DNA of 34,067 nucleotides from an uncultured Flavobacteriales bacterium (lineage in GTDB: Bacteria > Bacteroidota > Bacteroidia > AKYH767-A > 2013-40CM-41-45): contig CAYMMN010000001.1 of assembly GCA_964391495.1 (NCBI GenBank), forward strand, positions 1 to 34,067. The letters are read 5' to 3'. Below the pieces are notes generated by a model. It made no database searches, was not told the origin of the DNA, and was given only the letters and a program-made list of their open reading frames with translations. The position numbers and the translations under genes are program-made. Positions 32,953-34,067 of this stretch are shown here, in pieces. The number at the start of each line of letters is the position of its first letter. The first letter of the stretch is position 1.

Positions 32953-34065
32953 TTACATTTTTACAGTTCTGAAGACGTGTGTTTCACCGGAGAATCGGAT
33001 TTCAACAAAATAAATTCCAGGGGTGAAGCTTTCGATATCAATTCTCTTACGGAAGTTTCCTTTTGAATCCTGAACCGATTGATAAACCTGGTCTCCTACA
33101 ACATTCACGATGCGAATATCTATATTCGTTTCATGCATAGTACTGAGAACAATGTTGAGCTCGTTTAATGCAGGATTTGGATAAACAAGAGGAGTGATTG
33201 TTCTTGAAGAACTTCCATAGAAGCTGCGCTGACAGGAAATCGTAGATACGATCACATCATCAAAATTCTGACAACCGTTCACATCTGTTACCAACACCGA
33301 GTATGCACCGGCAGCACCTACAACAATCTGTTGTGTTGTACTTTGATCTGACCAGAAATAATCCATAAAGCCTGCACCGGCATCAAGCGTGATCATATCA
33401 CCGATACAAATTGTTGTATCAGGACCAAGATCAACAACCGGAGAAGGAAAATCATATCCGATCGTAACCGTGAGGAAGGCAGGACAATTATTGTAATCAG
33501 AAACCTGTACTGTATAATTGCCCGGAGCCAGATTTGAAACCGCCGCGGTTGTTGCACCACCCGGCAACCAGAGGTAAGAATATGGTGCCATTCCACCACT
33601 ACCAACAACTTCAGCACTTCCATCTTCTCCATTTTGACAATGCGCATTGGTTGATGAAACCAAAGATGCAGTAATTCCCGAACTATTACCCACAAGATCC
33701 GAAACAAGGACAGAACAATTTGTCTGATTGTCAGTAATGAGTACAGAATAATATCCGGAAGTTAGTCCTGTTGCATTTGCACCTGTACTTACTGCAGGTG
33801 TCCAGTCATAAGTGAAATCACCGCTGCCACCATTTGTGGTAACAGAAGCCGTTCCATCAGCAGCATTACATGTTGCTGGGGTAGTGAGAATTGAAGCTGT
33901 GAAGCCTGAACCTCCGGCAATAGTAACAGTATCTCTGAGTGTGCAATTATTATTATCGCGAATCAGAACACTATAAGTTCCGGCAGAGAGGTTGCCTACA
34001 GAATCTGATGCTGCAGGAGGAACAGTATTCCACAGATAAGTATACGAACCTGTTCCGCCACTCAC
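32953..34065 (-). CDS. SprB-repeat cell-surface protein with T9SS C-terminal sorting domain (5' end beyond the window)
   Basis: At least three repeats of about 77 aa with C..G.DGSA.V...GG...Y.Y.W (CNAADGTASVTTNGGSGDFTYDWTP; CQNGEDGSAEVVGSGGMAPYSYLWLPGG). C-terminal about 80 aa are Por_Secre_tail-like (YPNPALNELNIVL...GIYFVEIRFSGETHVFRTVKM). The frame is open to the window edge; the listed first codon GTG is internal. Confidence 0.88.
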   Translation of the reverse strand: MSGGTGSYTYLWNTVPPAASDSVGNLSAGTYSVLIRDNNNCTLRDTVTIAGGSGFTASILTTPATCNAADGTASVTTNGGSGDFTYDWTPAVSTGANATGLTSGYYSVLITDNQTNCSVLVSDLVGNSSGITASLVSSTNAHCQNGEDGSAEVVGSGGMAPYSYLWLPGGATTAAVSNLAPGNYTVQVSDYNNCPAFLTVTIGYDFPSPVVDLGPDTTICIGDMITLDAGAGFMDYFWSDQSTTQQIVVGAAGAYSVLVTDVNGCQNFDDVIVSTISCQRSFYGSSSRTITPLVYPNPALNELNIVLSTMHETNIDIRIVNVVGDQVYQSVQDSKGNFRKRIDIESFTPGIYFVEIRFSGETHVFRTVKM

Positions 34066-34067
34066 AT

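Overview
The window appears to be chromosomal DNA from a Bacteroidota-type diderm. Support: a T9SS C-terminal sorting domain with SprB-type repeats at the right edge, many lipoproteins, a TolC-type efflux operon, and TAnnTTTG-type promoter boxes. Nearly all genes are on the + strand and tightly packed. No rRNA, tRNA, CRISPR array, transposase or integrase was recognised.

Left to right:
1. An AT-rich edge holds an ImmA/IrrE-type metallopeptidase, probably 5'-truncated, and a coupled lysine-rich ORF.
2. A complete urate-to-ureidoglycolate operon follows: PuuD-type membrane cytochrome-c urate oxidase, allantoinase, allantoicase, OHCU decarboxylase and HIU hydrolase.
3. A five-gene dlt-like module comes next: amino-acid adenylation enzyme, carrier protein, MBOAT, SGNH/DltD-like protein and YdjC-type deacetylase. 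It is wedged inside the purine neighbourhood.
4. A 475-aa HpcH/CitE-like enzyme of unclear role follows.
5. A convergent intergenic region consists almost entirely of two heptanucleotide tandem arrays.
6. XdhC (- strand) and guanine deaminase follow.
7. A cytoplasmic hybrid histidine kinase with a CAP-type N-terminal domain overlaps an HD-domain gene.
8. A five-gene operon encodes only exported proteins of unknown function: four lipoproteins and one Tat substrate.
9. A lone Wzx-like flippase follows.
10. A TetR / TolC / HlyD / two ATPases / two ABC-2 permeases efflux operon follows.
11. Two Dpp/Opp-type permeases carry large insertions, with no binding protein or ATPase nearby.
12. A truncated SprB-repeat T9SS cargo gene sits at the right edge.

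The best candidates for undescribed biology are the exported-protein operon (17359-21413), the dlt-like module in a teichoic-acid-less host (6410-11443) and the heptamer arrays (13000-13162). All family assignments come from motif recognition by eye. No database search was run.
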